From a bacterium (GTDB lineage Bacteria > Electryoneota > JAOADG01): a stretch of 64,000 nucleotides of DNA. The DNA lies in assembly GCA_963681965.1 (NCBI GenBank), contig OY820579.1, positions 1,312,001-1,376,000 on the forward strand. The letters are read 5' to 3'. Made by a program: the position numbers and the translations under genes. Positions within the stretch are counted from its first letter, which is position 1. Every line of letters starts with the position of its first letter. The notes under the pieces are model-generated. The model saw only the letters and a program-made list of their open reading frames with translations, ran no database searches and was not told the DNA's origin. Positions 1 through 8,922 of this stretch are shown in pieces.

Positions 1-1502
1 ACGGACTTAATCAATGCCGATTTGGTAACGGGTTCTTTGTTACCGATAATCGCGACCGCGAGCGCGCCGACCATATTTCCTAGGAACGGCATAATTTCCG
101 CGGGAAAGCCCGATCTCCACGCCAGTGCAGTCAAAGTAAATACTGCGTCGCCCGCGCCAACGGTGTCGACGATCTGCGTCGCCAAGGCTGGTGCACGGTG
201 AAAAGCGCCATTTGAATAGAAGACCGATCCGGATGGTCCAAGTGTCACATTGATTTGACGACAATGGATTGCTTCGGTCAATTTCTCGATCAAGGGATCG
301 ATTGGACCGACTTTGGTTTGGAATGGAAGGCGTATTTCATTTTCGTCGATTGATAAGAAATCGGCTCGAGCATATCGAGTAATGTAATTGAACCCGAAAT
401 TACTGCTGTTTGTCTGGGCATTCACACAAATCGGTACGTTTTGTTTGATCGCGAATTCGATGATTTTTGGAGTCAACAATCCGTGACCGAAGTCGCCGAT
501 AATCAGTAAATCGGCATCGCTTAGCACCGAACGTAAAGTTTCAATGACCTCTTGTTCGAGTTCGGAGTCAATTGGATCGTTCTTCAGAAAACCGACTTCG
601 AACAGTTTCTGATTGTTCGAAGTTAAAAATCGTCGTTTAGTAACAGTATGACTTTCTTTTCGCACTAAGAGATGAGAACCGATTTTAGAATCTATTTTCG
701 TGCGAGCAAATGAGTCGTGATCATCACGATCGCCAACTACCGTAATCAATGTTACATTCTTGGCAAATTGCGCAGCATGATTGGCAATTGCCAAGATTCC
801 ACCGGCATACCGTTCTTCTTTGACATATCGAACGGAAATGATCGGTGCTTTTTCGACACGACCCATCGGAACACAATAGCAATATTCATCGATGATCGTA
901 TCGCCGAGAACAACAACTTTCAGCTCCGCGAATCGTTCGATCAACGCTTCCAAGTCATCGGAACTATATTCCGATCGGAGTTGTTTTACATAATTTTGAG
1001 CTGTTTCAGGTAACAGCGCAAAATTTTGATTGATCAATTTCGTCGAGCTGAACACGATGTCGTGCGTGTAATACACCTTACCGCCGTAAGCCTCGACGGC
1101 ATCGACTTCGCGTTTAATATTACCGGAAATGTCTTTCGAGTGATCCTCGTATTCACCACCTTTGATGTAAATATTCGGATGCAATTCGGTGATTGTTTCA
1201 ATCGATGTCGGCCATTTATTCAATGCCACATAATGAATCATCCGGAGACTAGCCAGTTGTTCCAAGCGCAGTGCTTCCTTGAACAAGGGTCGACCTGGAC
1301 CCTTGTTAACAAAGCGGTCGGGAGTTACCGTGACGATCAAGACATCTGCTTGTTTTGCCGCTTCTTTGAAATGGCGAACATGTCCCGGGTGAACTAGATC
1401 GAAACAACCGTGGCAAAGTGCCACGGTTTTTCCTTCTTCTTGTAACTTTTCAACTAACTTTTTTAACTCATCGAACTCAACAATCCGTTTTAAAGAAGGC
1501 AT
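1..1502 (-). CDS. Bifunctional cytidylyltransferase-family nucleotidyltransferase + PfkB kinase (HldE/RfaE-like, transferase domain first); 3' end runs off the window
   Basis: Manual translation from ATG at 1502 gives MPSLKRIVEFDELKK...VALCHGCFDLVHPGHVRHFKEA...LIVTVTPDRFVNKGPGRP (HxGH motif). Near the edge it reads IVDTVGAGDAVF...GALAVAIIGNKEPV (PfkB signature). Absent from the ORF track because the stop is outside the window. Confidence 0.9.
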   Translation of the reverse strand, partial: MPSLKRIVEFDELKKLVEKLQEEGKTVALCHGCFDLVHPGHVRHFKEAAKQADVLIVTVTPDRFVNKGPGRPLFKEALRLEQLASLRMIHYVALNKWPTSIETITELHPNIYIKGGEYEDHSKDISGNIKREVDAVEAYGGKVYYTHDIVFSSTKLINQNFALLPETAQNYVKQLRSEYSSDDLEALIERFAELKVVVLGDTIIDEYCYCVPMGRVEKAPIISVRYVKEERYAGGILAIANHAAQFAKNVTLITVVGDRDDHDSFARTKIDSKIGSHLLVRKESHTVTKRRFLTSNNQKLFEVGFLKNDPIDSELEQEVIETLRSVLSDADLLIIGDFGHGLLTPKIIEFAIKQNVPICVNAQTNSSNFGFNYITRYARADFLSIDENEIRLPFQTKVGPIDPLIEKLTEAIHCRQINVTLGPSGSVFYSNGAFHRAPALATQIVDTVGAGDAVFTLTALAWRSGFPAEIMPFLGNMVGALAVAIIGNKEPVTKSALIKS

Positions 1503-1536
1503 TTGTCAATCCTTATAATTCTACTAATATCCGTTG

Positions 1537-1565
1537 AATATAATCCCAACCCCTAAGCATGTCAA
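1537..1565 (-). promoter_or_regulatory. sigma70-type promoter for the hldE-like gene
   Basis: Minus strand TTGACA-17 nt-TATATT, about 35 nt upstream of the ATG. Confidence 0.7.
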
Positions 1566-1709
1566 GGATTTAAAACAATAATAGTACTACCAAGCCCGTG
1601 TTAATTATTCGTTTCGAACTTGGTCGTACTACTCGGAAGAATGAACATCCAATCGCTACACCGGTTTGAATACTAGGTGAAAAGGGTCCGTTGGATCGGT
1701 GCTTGTCGA

Positions 1710-2291
1710 TCAGTTTGTCTCGGAATTTTTTTCAATAATCCGATCGATCCAATAGTGAAGCAAGGCAGCGTGAGCAGATTCGACAAAACCATAACTGAGA
1801 TCGGGAACAAAAATTGCCAGATCGCTAAGGACTTTTAACTTGTTGTCTGGTTTGAAGCCAGTGAATGATGTCACGAAAACGCCGATTTCGCGTGCTTTTT
1901 CGGCAGCTTTCACGACATTGGGAGAATTTCCGGAACTACTGATTCCAACTAGCATATCACCTGGTTTACTGAACATTTCCAGTGGCGCGGAAAATACTTG
2001 ATCGTACGATAAGTCGTTCGATAGTGCAGTGACCTGACTGATATCGAAGAAAGTCGAAGCACGGACTTTACCATTCTTCCAAAAGTCAAGTGCATAGTGG
2101 CTTGCCATTGCAGCGCTGGCGCCATTTCCGCAAAAATAGATCGTTCCTCCAGCTTTTTTGACCTTAAACGTTTCTACCAGTAGTTCATTAAAGCCCTGTT
2201 GAAGCGAAGATATCGAAGATGCTCGGCTGGTAATCACAGTCTCGGAAAGCTTATTGGATAAGTGTTGCAACCAGTTTTCGATTTGAAGCAT
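1710..2291 (-). CDS. SIS-domain phosphoheptose isomerase (GmhA-like)
   Basis: CGNGASAAMASH, TALSND, GISSSGNSPNV motifs; ATG at 2291 preceded by GGAG (the track starts at 2318); next to the hldE-like gene. Confidence 0.85.
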   Translation of the reverse strand: MLQIENWLQHLSNKLSETVITSRASSISSLQQGFNELLVETFKVKKAGGTIYFCGNGASAAMASHYALDFWKNGKVRASTFFDISQVTALSNDLSYDQVFSAPLEMFSKPGDMLVGISSSGNSPNVVKAAEKAREIGVFVTSFTGFKPDNKLKVLSDLAIFVPDLSYGFVESAHAALLHYWIDRIIEKNSETN

Positions 2292-2534
2292 TGGAACTCC
2301 GTCGAATAATGAATTCAATATATTACTAGAAGCTACATTCGCAAAGTTAAAGCGATGAATGTGAACAGTGATACGAGAGCTAAATCACATCGATTTAATT
2401 GTGATTGAGTAGAAATTCACCAGTAAATACAATGATTGATTAGAATTAAATCGATACGTTTGTCTAGTCATGGATAGACAAAAAATCAATTTCTGACTGT
2501 TGGTAGATCTGAAATCAGATCGATTTCTTACAAG

Positions 2535-2562
2535 AAAGGGCGGAACTTTCGCTCCACCCTTT
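2535..2562 (-). terminator. Rho-independent terminator of ahcY
   Basis: Minus strand AAAGGGTGGAGC-GAAA-GTTCCGCCCTTT followed by CTT, just past the ahcY stop. Confidence 0.7.
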
Positions 2563-2591
2563 GATTCTGATCGGTAAAAATCGATTATGGA

Positions 2592-3854
2592 TCAGGTGCC
2601 TTCTTGCCATGCGGCGAGATATTCGACTTGTTCCGGAGTTAAGATGTCGATCGTGATGCCCATCGACTTCAACTTCAGAGTTGAAATCCAATTCTCGATA
2701 TCAACCGGGACATCGTGAACTTTCGGGGTGAGCTTGCTGGAATTGTTCTTGATAAATTCCGCCGATAGTGCTTGAGTTGAGAAGCTCATATCCATCACAG
2801 AAGCGGGATGACCTTCTGCTGCGCCAAGGTTGACCAAGCGACCTTCCGCCAATAAGTGCAAACGTCGACCGTCTTCCATCACATAAGTATCTACAAAACG
2901 ACGAGTTGGAATTTTTTCTTTCGCCATCTTTTCCAAACCAATAATGTCAATTTCGATATCGAAGTGACCAGAATTCGCCATGATCGCACCGTGCTTCATT
3001 ACAGCATAATGTTCCGGACGGAGCACATGCTTGTTACCAGTCAAGGTGCAGAAGACATCGCCAATCTTGGCAGCTTCCGACATCGGCATCACCATGAAAC
3101 CGTCCATCGCCGCTTCAATTGCTTTGATTGGGTCGATTTCGGTGACGATAACATTCGCGCCCATGCCCTTCATACGTACCGCAAAACCGCGACCGCACCA
3201 GCCGTAACCTGCGACCACCACAAATTTTCCGGCGATCAAGACATCCGAGGCGCGAATAATACCATCGACTGTGCTTTGTCCAGTACCGTAGCGGTTATCG
3301 AATAAATTCTTGGTTTTAGCGTCATTTACTGCAATTACAGGATACTTCAGAGCGTTATCTTTTGCCATTGCCTTGAGACGGATCACTCCGGTAGTGGTTT
3401 CTTCACAACCACCGGAAATCTTGGCTGCTAATTCCGGATATTCTTTGTGAATCAAAGAAACTAGATCGCAACCATCATCCATCGTTTGGTTTGGATTGAA
3501 TGCAATTGCTGCATGTAAATGCTTGAAATACGACGCATTATCTTCACCTTTGATCGCCATGGTCGGAATATCGAATTCTTTGACCAATGCCGCTGCCACA
3601 TCGTCTTGCGTCGACAATGGATTCGAGGCGACTAGAAATACTTCGGCACCGCCTGTTTTCAGGGTTCGAACCAAATTCGCGGTTTCGGCGGTTACGTGGA
3701 GGCAGCAAGCAATGCGAGAGCCTTTCAGTGGCTGCTCTTTCGCAAATCGTTCACGTAATTGTAACAATACGGGCATGTCTTGTTCAGCCCAGAGAATACG
3801 TCGCTTACCTTCGGTGGCAAGACCGAGATCGCGAACATCGTATAAATCTGTCAT
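2592..3854 (-). CDS. ahcY: Adenosylhomocysteinase (SAH hydrolase)
   Basis: CLHVTAETA, SNPLSTQD, DDGCDL, EETTTG, KNLFDNRYGTGQS, GYGWCGRG, GRLVNLGAAEGHP motifs. Confidence 0.98.
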   Translation of the reverse strand: MTDLYDVRDLGLATEGKRRILWAEQDMPVLLQLRERFAKEQPLKGSRIACCLHVTAETANLVRTLKTGGAEVFLVASNPLSTQDDVAAALVKEFDIPTMAIKGEDNASYFKHLHAAIAFNPNQTMDDGCDLVSLIHKEYPELAAKISGGCEETTTGVIRLKAMAKDNALKYPVIAVNDAKTKNLFDNRYGTGQSTVDGIIRASDVLIAGKFVVVAGYGWCGRGFAVRMKGMGANVIVTEIDPIKAIEAAMDGFMVMPMSEAAKIGDVFCTLTGNKHVLRPEHYAVMKHGAIMANSGHFDIEIDIIGLEKMAKEKIPTRRFVDTYVMEDGRRLHLLAEGRLVNLGAAEGHPASVMDMSFSTQALSAEFIKNNSSKLTPKVHDVPVDIENWISTLKLKSMGITIDILTPEQVEYLAAWQEGT

Positions 3855-4041
3855 GATGAAAGTGTAACTTTCTGCGGAATATGGGTCATCATCCCGAACC
3901 GGACCGCACAGAATCGGGACGGCAACTCTTCACCCGCGGCTTTTTGAGCCGATGAGAGATAGGTGTTGAGTTGGTGCCTGTCCACGACGGTACGGGCGAC
4001 TGACCGACGGGGCTTGAATGGGTTGTAGTAATAAGCGGATT

Positions 4042-4070
4042 AGTATACAATGTAAAAAACCGGATTGCAA
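4042..4070 (-). promoter_or_regulatory. sigma70-type promoter of ahcY, implying a 5' leader of about 180 nt
   Basis: Minus strand TTGCAA-17 nt-TATACT. Confidence 0.7.
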
Positions 4071-4329
4071 GAGCTGTTTATCCCACGAGTGAAAATATGA
4101 ATTCTTACCGACCGGATCTCGAAATTGAACTATCTAACACACAATAATTAATTAACAATACATAGCTTGTTTTCATGAAATTAGATGACAACGCCTCTCT
4201 AAGGAGGTGGAATCGAGAGATTTGTGAATTAGATTGGGTTCGAGGTCGTAAATCTCGACCATTCGTGTTGTTAATCGGGTTTGATGTTTGTATTTTTGCG
4301 AAATATCACTATGGAGGATATAAATACCG

Positions 4330-5043
4330 ATGGCGACAGGGTCGCGCGGCATGAGTACCCGCGTTATTTTGCTTCCAGGCATGCTCGGCACGATTGCCAA
4401 TGATTGGAAGCCCCACTTTGAAGCCATTCTCGATGCAGGTTTCGAACCGGTCGGAATCGACTGGCCCGGCCATGGCAACGAAGATGCCGACCTCGAAGCA
4501 TTCACGTTGCAATCTCTGGTCGACCATGTTTTGGCTAGAATCGACACAATCACCGATGAGCCAGTATTAATCTGGGGTTATGACCTCGGAGGATATGTTG
4601 CGCTCGAAATTGAGCGACAGCTCCCCGGACGTTGTTCGGCAATCTGGATGCATGCAACGAAGTTCTTTTGGAACGACGACGAGATTGATGCATTTCATGC
4701 CAATAACGATCTGGCAACAATGTCTTCGCACCGCAAAGAGACGTTGGTAAAGATCCACGGCGATCGATGGCAGAAATTGTTGCAGGTTAATCTGGATCTT
4801 TTCGAGGAAATCATCGAATTCGGTTTGACGCTCGACGATTTAGAAGGAATTCGATTACCGGTATTGGTTTCAACCGGCAATCAAGATGAATTTGTTCCGA
4901 CGGAAGACATCGAGCAGTTGGCAGATGAGTTGATTGCGGGAGAACCATCCATTATTCCCGGTGTTCGGCATCCACTGCATTCGACGCGATCGTCGCTGAT
5001 TATTCCGGTAGCGGAAGAATTTTCGCGTCGTGTATTGGTGTGA
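4330..5043 (+). CDS. Alpha/beta-fold hydrolase
   Basis: LPGMLG, IDWPGHG, nucleophile elbow GYDLGG, GNQDEFV acid and C-terminal His (GVRHPL); the start could be ATG 4351. Confidence 0.85.
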   Translation: MATGSRGMSTRVILLPGMLGTIANDWKPHFEAILDAGFEPVGIDWPGHGNEDADLEAFTLQSLVDHVLARIDTITDEPVLIWGYDLGGYVALEIERQLPGRCSAIWMHATKFFWNDDEIDAFHANNDLATMSSHRKETLVKIHGDRWQKLLQVNLDLFEEIIEFGLTLDDLEGIRLPVLVSTGNQDEFVPTEDIEQLADELIAGEPSIIPGVRHPLHSTRSSLIIPVAEEFSRRVLV

Positions 5044-5719
5044 TGAGTCACCGCGCTATGATCGCGAAGAGCTAAAACAGCGAATAAAACTGTTTGACGG
5101 CGATGCTCCCAGAGAAATTGATCTGGATGCAACGCCGTTTGTTGTATCGCTGTGTCGGGAATTTCAAGTTGGGGTTTCATCGCACTTAATCGGAAATTCA
5201 CCGTACAAAGTTGCCAATACGATTTTTTTGGATTTTACCGTCGTTCCCGAACGTCAGAATTGGGCTTTCTGCCATGAATTGGCGCATCTTCTTCTCGGTC
5301 ACGACAATTTAACTACCCCCTCGCTTGCAGAAGAAAATGCGACGAACCATTTAGCCGCCGAACTACTCCTACCGCGTGAACAATTCGGTCTGATTGCGAA
5401 TCAACCATTGAGTCAATTGAAGAACGAATTTCCGCATGCTTCATGGGAAGCGATTCTTCGTCGGAAATTACAATTTGTTTCGGGAATTGGCACGATCTTC
5501 GATGAAGGAAAAATGACCTTTCGCAGTGCCTCTCCAGGGTTATCTTGTCCGCATCAACCACTACCCGATGAATGGCAAACCGCACGAGACGCATTCAATC
5601 AAGCGCAGTCGCTCCAGCGACTTTATAATGCGCTGAAAGTCAATGCCGATTATGTCGATACCGGAAATGGAATACGACGTGTGTTGTTGTGGACAGAGAG
5701 TTTGGAACAATGGGATTAA
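5030..5719 (+). CDS. ImmA/IrrE-family zinc metallopeptidase
   Basis: RQNWAFCHELAHLLLGH (HExxH) followed by EENATNHLAAELLLP; overlaps the hydrolase stop. Confidence 0.85.
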   Translation: MYWCDESPRYDREELKQRIKLFDGDAPREIDLDATPFVVSLCREFQVGVSSHLIGNSPYKVANTIFLDFTVVPERQNWAFCHELAHLLLGHDNLTTPSLAEENATNHLAAELLLPREQFGLIANQPLSQLKNEFPHASWEAILRRKLQFVSGIGTIFDEGKMTFRSASPGLSCPHQPLPDEWQTARDAFNQAQSLQRLYNALKVNADYVDTGNGIRRVLLWTESLEQWD

Positions 5720-5749
5720 GTAGTGAGTCACTTAATTGGTGGGAATCAG

Positions 5750-7192
5750 TTATTTCTTCCAGTTACTTGGTAACGGTAGTAGATCTTGTTCGATTCCCGC
5801 ATTTTGTAGCTGCTCAATCAGGTGTTTCAATTCCAAAGATCGAAATTGATGTGGATTGATGTTGTTCGCCTCGAACAGCGCTACGATTTTTCGAAAATTT
5901 TCGATCGCAGCTTCGAACTGATGATCGGAGAGTACCCAAAATGTTTCGGAGAACAATAACGACAACTGGTATTGGAATGCTTGATTCAGTCCGACTTTCT
6001 GTTGTAGCTCAGTGAGGTATTGGTTTGCAGATGGATCGAGAACGTCGCGTAACACAATCACTAAACGCGACAAGAGGTTGATATGTGTATAAGTATCGTT
6101 ATCATTGTCGATATTAATCAAAGCATCCCGGTAGTGTCCAATTGCCTCGATCTTTTCACTAGTCAATTCGTGCACCATTCCCATCTTGAAAACGACACTC
6201 GCAGCATATGAGTCAAGATGAATGGATTCGGCAGCTTCGCGCGTGATAAAATAATGATTAATCGCCGCCGAATAATTCCCTGCGAAAAACTCGATATCTC
6301 CGAGTAAATGATGGACATTGACTTTTGTGCGGATACTTTCCGTTTTACGGTAGAGATCAATCCCTTCTTCAACAATTAAACGTGCTTCGTCCAATCTTCC
6401 GAGATTGCGATAGACCTGTCCCAAAGTTATTATTGCAGTACCTGTTATACTCGGTAAATCGGTCGATCGAGCGATTGCCAATGCGTCTAATGCATGTTGT
6501 TCTGCTCGGTCGAATTGTTGAAGTTGGATGAATGCATCGGCTAGTCGAGCATTCGCATATGCCGTTTCTTTTTTTAGCTGATGGCTGTTGGCAACGTTCA
6601 GTGACTCTTGCAAAGCAGTTATCCCGACGTTGATATTGCCCATTCCAATGACCGCTTGCGCATAATCGGAGAGATGAGACGACAACATTCGGGCATCGCC
6701 GGTTTCTCGATCGAGTTCGATTGCCTCCAACATCATTTGGCTACCTTTAACCAAATCGGTCCGCTCGATAGCCATCCCCGCGAGATTTCCTAAAACAACT
6801 GATGCACCGGGTTTTAAATCGATTGATCGAAAAATCGTCAATGCCTCAAGCAGTGCTTCTTCAGCTTCTGATGCATACCCTTGCCCGCGATAAAGATTGG
6901 ACATATTGCACAGAGTTGCGGCAATCTGACGCGGTTGCCCGATAATTCGAGCGAGATTCAGCGATTCGTGGTACAATTCAAAAGCACGATTAGATTCGCC
7001 GGAAGATAGTTCAACACTGGCGAGATCGTTTAATGCGCGGGCAAGTTCCATACTATTTTCTTCAATCCGGGCACGAGCGATTAAAGTCTGGAATTGATCT
7101 CTTGCAGCGCCGAGATTGTCGTTGATCCAGAGCTTGTGTGCAGATTGATAAAGCGCATCTAGCGATTGGGAATTATTTGATTCTGTGCTCAT
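5750..7192 (-). CDS. Tetratricopeptide-repeat protein
   Basis: Repeated ~40-aa helical units (ARALNDLA, ATLCNMSNLY, VLGNLAG, IITLGQVYRNLGRLDEA). Confidence 0.85.
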   Translation of the reverse strand: MSTESNNSQSLDALYQSAHKLWINDNLGAARDQFQTLIARARIEENSMELARALNDLASVELSSGESNRAFELYHESLNLARIIGQPRQIAATLCNMSNLYRGQGYASEAEEALLEALTIFRSIDLKPGASVVLGNLAGMAIERTDLVKGSQMMLEAIELDRETGDARMLSSHLSDYAQAVIGMGNINVGITALQESLNVANSHQLKKETAYANARLADAFIQLQQFDRAEQHALDALAIARSTDLPSITGTAIITLGQVYRNLGRLDEARLIVEEGIDLYRKTESIRTKVNVHHLLGDIEFFAGNYSAAINHYFITREAAESIHLDSYAASVVFKMGMVHELTSEKIEAIGHYRDALINIDNDNDTYTHINLLSRLVIVLRDVLDPSANQYLTELQQKVGLNQAFQYQLSLLFSETFWVLSDHQFEAAIENFRKIVALFEANNINPHQFRSLELKHLIEQLQNAGIEQDLLPLPSNWKK

Positions 7193-7336
7193 TGAAGAAG
7201 TTTCACCCGATTAAATCGAAACAAGATAATCTGAATTTATTCAATATTCGAGTTACATCAGTATCTGAGGCATTCCGATTTCTTAATCGGTCAATATTTA
7301 TCATTATTTGTATTGAAATTATTTGCATTACGTGGT

Positions 7337-8221
7337 TTATTTCAGTCGAAGCGAGGCGACCTCGATTGCAACAGGAGATGAGTCGATTCCAATCCAATTT
7401 CGACCTAATTTCCTGGCGACTATACATGTAGTTCCGCTGCCACAGCAAGGATCGAGGATGATACTTTCAGGTTCCGACCAACCGAGAATTATTCGCTCTA
7501 GAAGCGCTTCCGGTTTTTGAGTTGGATATCCCGAACGTTCGATTGCCATCGGATTGAGTGCCGGGATTTCCCAGACATCGCTTGGTAGTTTGGTCGTGTT
7601 ATCAGGATCGATCCGGGCACCTTTCGGGTTTTGAGCACGAAGTAGAGCTTTTTCGGCACGGGGTTCGGGGATTCGTTCCGGGTGAAAAATCGATCCGGTT
7701 TTTGACTTGGAGTACCAGAAGATGATATCGTGCTTTTTTGCTAGAACACGTTTCCCGGCACCACCAGTGGAATATCGCCAAACAATCTCATTCCGAAAAT
7801 GACCATATCCAAAGAGATAATCGCAGATTACTTTTAAGTAATGACTCATCGTCGGGTCACAATGAAGGAATAGGTTGCCTCGATCCGAAATTCTTTCATG
7901 ACAATGGGCAATTCGAATCGCCAAATGAGTTAGATAAGTGATTGCGGATTTTGGGATTATGTTATCATTCCAGCTTATGAACAAGGATGTCAATCGCGGA
8001 GCGATTTGCGTGAGTGCAATCTGTTCCGACGAAAGATCGGTATCATGCCACACATCCGAAAAACCAATTTCACTCGGCGTTAATCTTGCCGATTGGGTTT
8101 TAAAGACTCGTTGAGTATAAAATGGCGGGTCGAGATATACTAGATCGAATTTGATGCTTGAGCCAGTTAATGCAAGCTGGTTGAAAAAATCGAGGTTGTC
8201 GCTGTGGATTAATTGATTCAT
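7337..8221 (-). CDS. Site-specific N6-adenine/N4-cytosine DNA methyltransferase (beta class), orphan
   Basis: Motif IV DLVYLDPPF precedes YPTQKPEALLERII and motif I DPCCGSGTT; no adjacent nuclease. Confidence 0.9.
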   Translation of the reverse strand: MNQLIHSDNLDFFNQLALTGSSIKFDLVYLDPPFYTQRVFKTQSARLTPSEIGFSDVWHDTDLSSEQIALTQIAPRLTSLFISWNDNIIPKSAITYLTHLAIRIAHCHERISDRGNLFLHCDPTMSHYLKVICDYLFGYGHFRNEIVWRYSTGGAGKRVLAKKHDIIFWYSKSKTGSIFHPERIPEPRAEKALLRAQNPKGARIDPDNTTKLPSDVWEIPALNPMAIERSGYPTQKPEALLERIILGWSEPESIILDPCCGSGTTCIVARKLGRNWIGIDSSPVAIEVASLRLK

Positions 8222-8922
8222 TACAATTCTTTAAGTTAACATCGCACTGTCACAGGCGAATAGAATAATTTACTACGTTTTCAGGCGGAGACAATGCGAT
8301 TAGATCTTTATTGTAAACTGTGATCTTAAATTTGGTTTAAATCTTAGTTCAAGTCCTGATTTCATCAGTGAGAATCGGTTGTGATTTCACAATCGCATTT
8401 CATTTCGATTTTTTCGTTTTTCGTCGACTTCTCAAAGAATTTGAGTAGTATACACAATTATGTGCAGATTATTGCGATATTTATCTAAAAAGAAGCAATA
8501 ATCAAATCAAAACCACATACATTCGTAGATTTAGGAAGTTGTGATTACATTTCCGAATTGCTATCTTCGAGATGGTGTTTTGGATTGATCCGCTTAGTTG
8601 ATTGCAATCAGATTGAATCATTGCCGTTTAAGACACGTTTTAATCTGGTGGAATTAAGGTGCATCAAATAAGTTAAATTGATGTCGCGTAATCTAAATGA
8701 GCGAATTGCCAGTTTTACCTGTTCGAGAGAAGAGTTGACGCGGCGCATACTTCGGGATTGCATTTTATCGTATTTTATTCATCGAAGTAACGAACACCTC
8801 AATTAAATTCGTCAATAAAGCGAATTTCTAGTTTTTCTTGTGGTATTTATGTGAAGTCGTACGAGCGTGGAGATAATTTTAATGTGTTGTGAAATAGTAT
8901 TATCGATGGTCTGGAGCGTTAA

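Noticed and set aside
717-1397. Plus-strand ORFs 717-1013 and 1026-1397 (and minus-strand 40-264)
   Set aside because: Shadow ORFs of the real minus-strand hldE-like gene (1502 to the window edge), which has clear family motifs.
3883-4005. Plus-strand resemblance to a SAM-I/SAM-IV core (GGUCAU...CGGCAAC...GGUGCC...UGACC) and to 6S RNA (UGAGCCGAU)
   Set aside because: It is antisense to ahcY, lacks the conserved GAG junction, and has no 6S-type closing stem or evident plus-strand promoter. Not called as a known family, though cmscan on both strands is still warranted.
8222-8922. 700-bp AT-rich gap containing the near-palindrome TTGTGATTTCACAA; searched for JUMPStart/ops, tRNA and small genes
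   Set aside because: No ops (GGCGGTAG), cloverleaf or convincing ORF. A lone palindrome in AT-rich DNA is too weak to assign a regulator.
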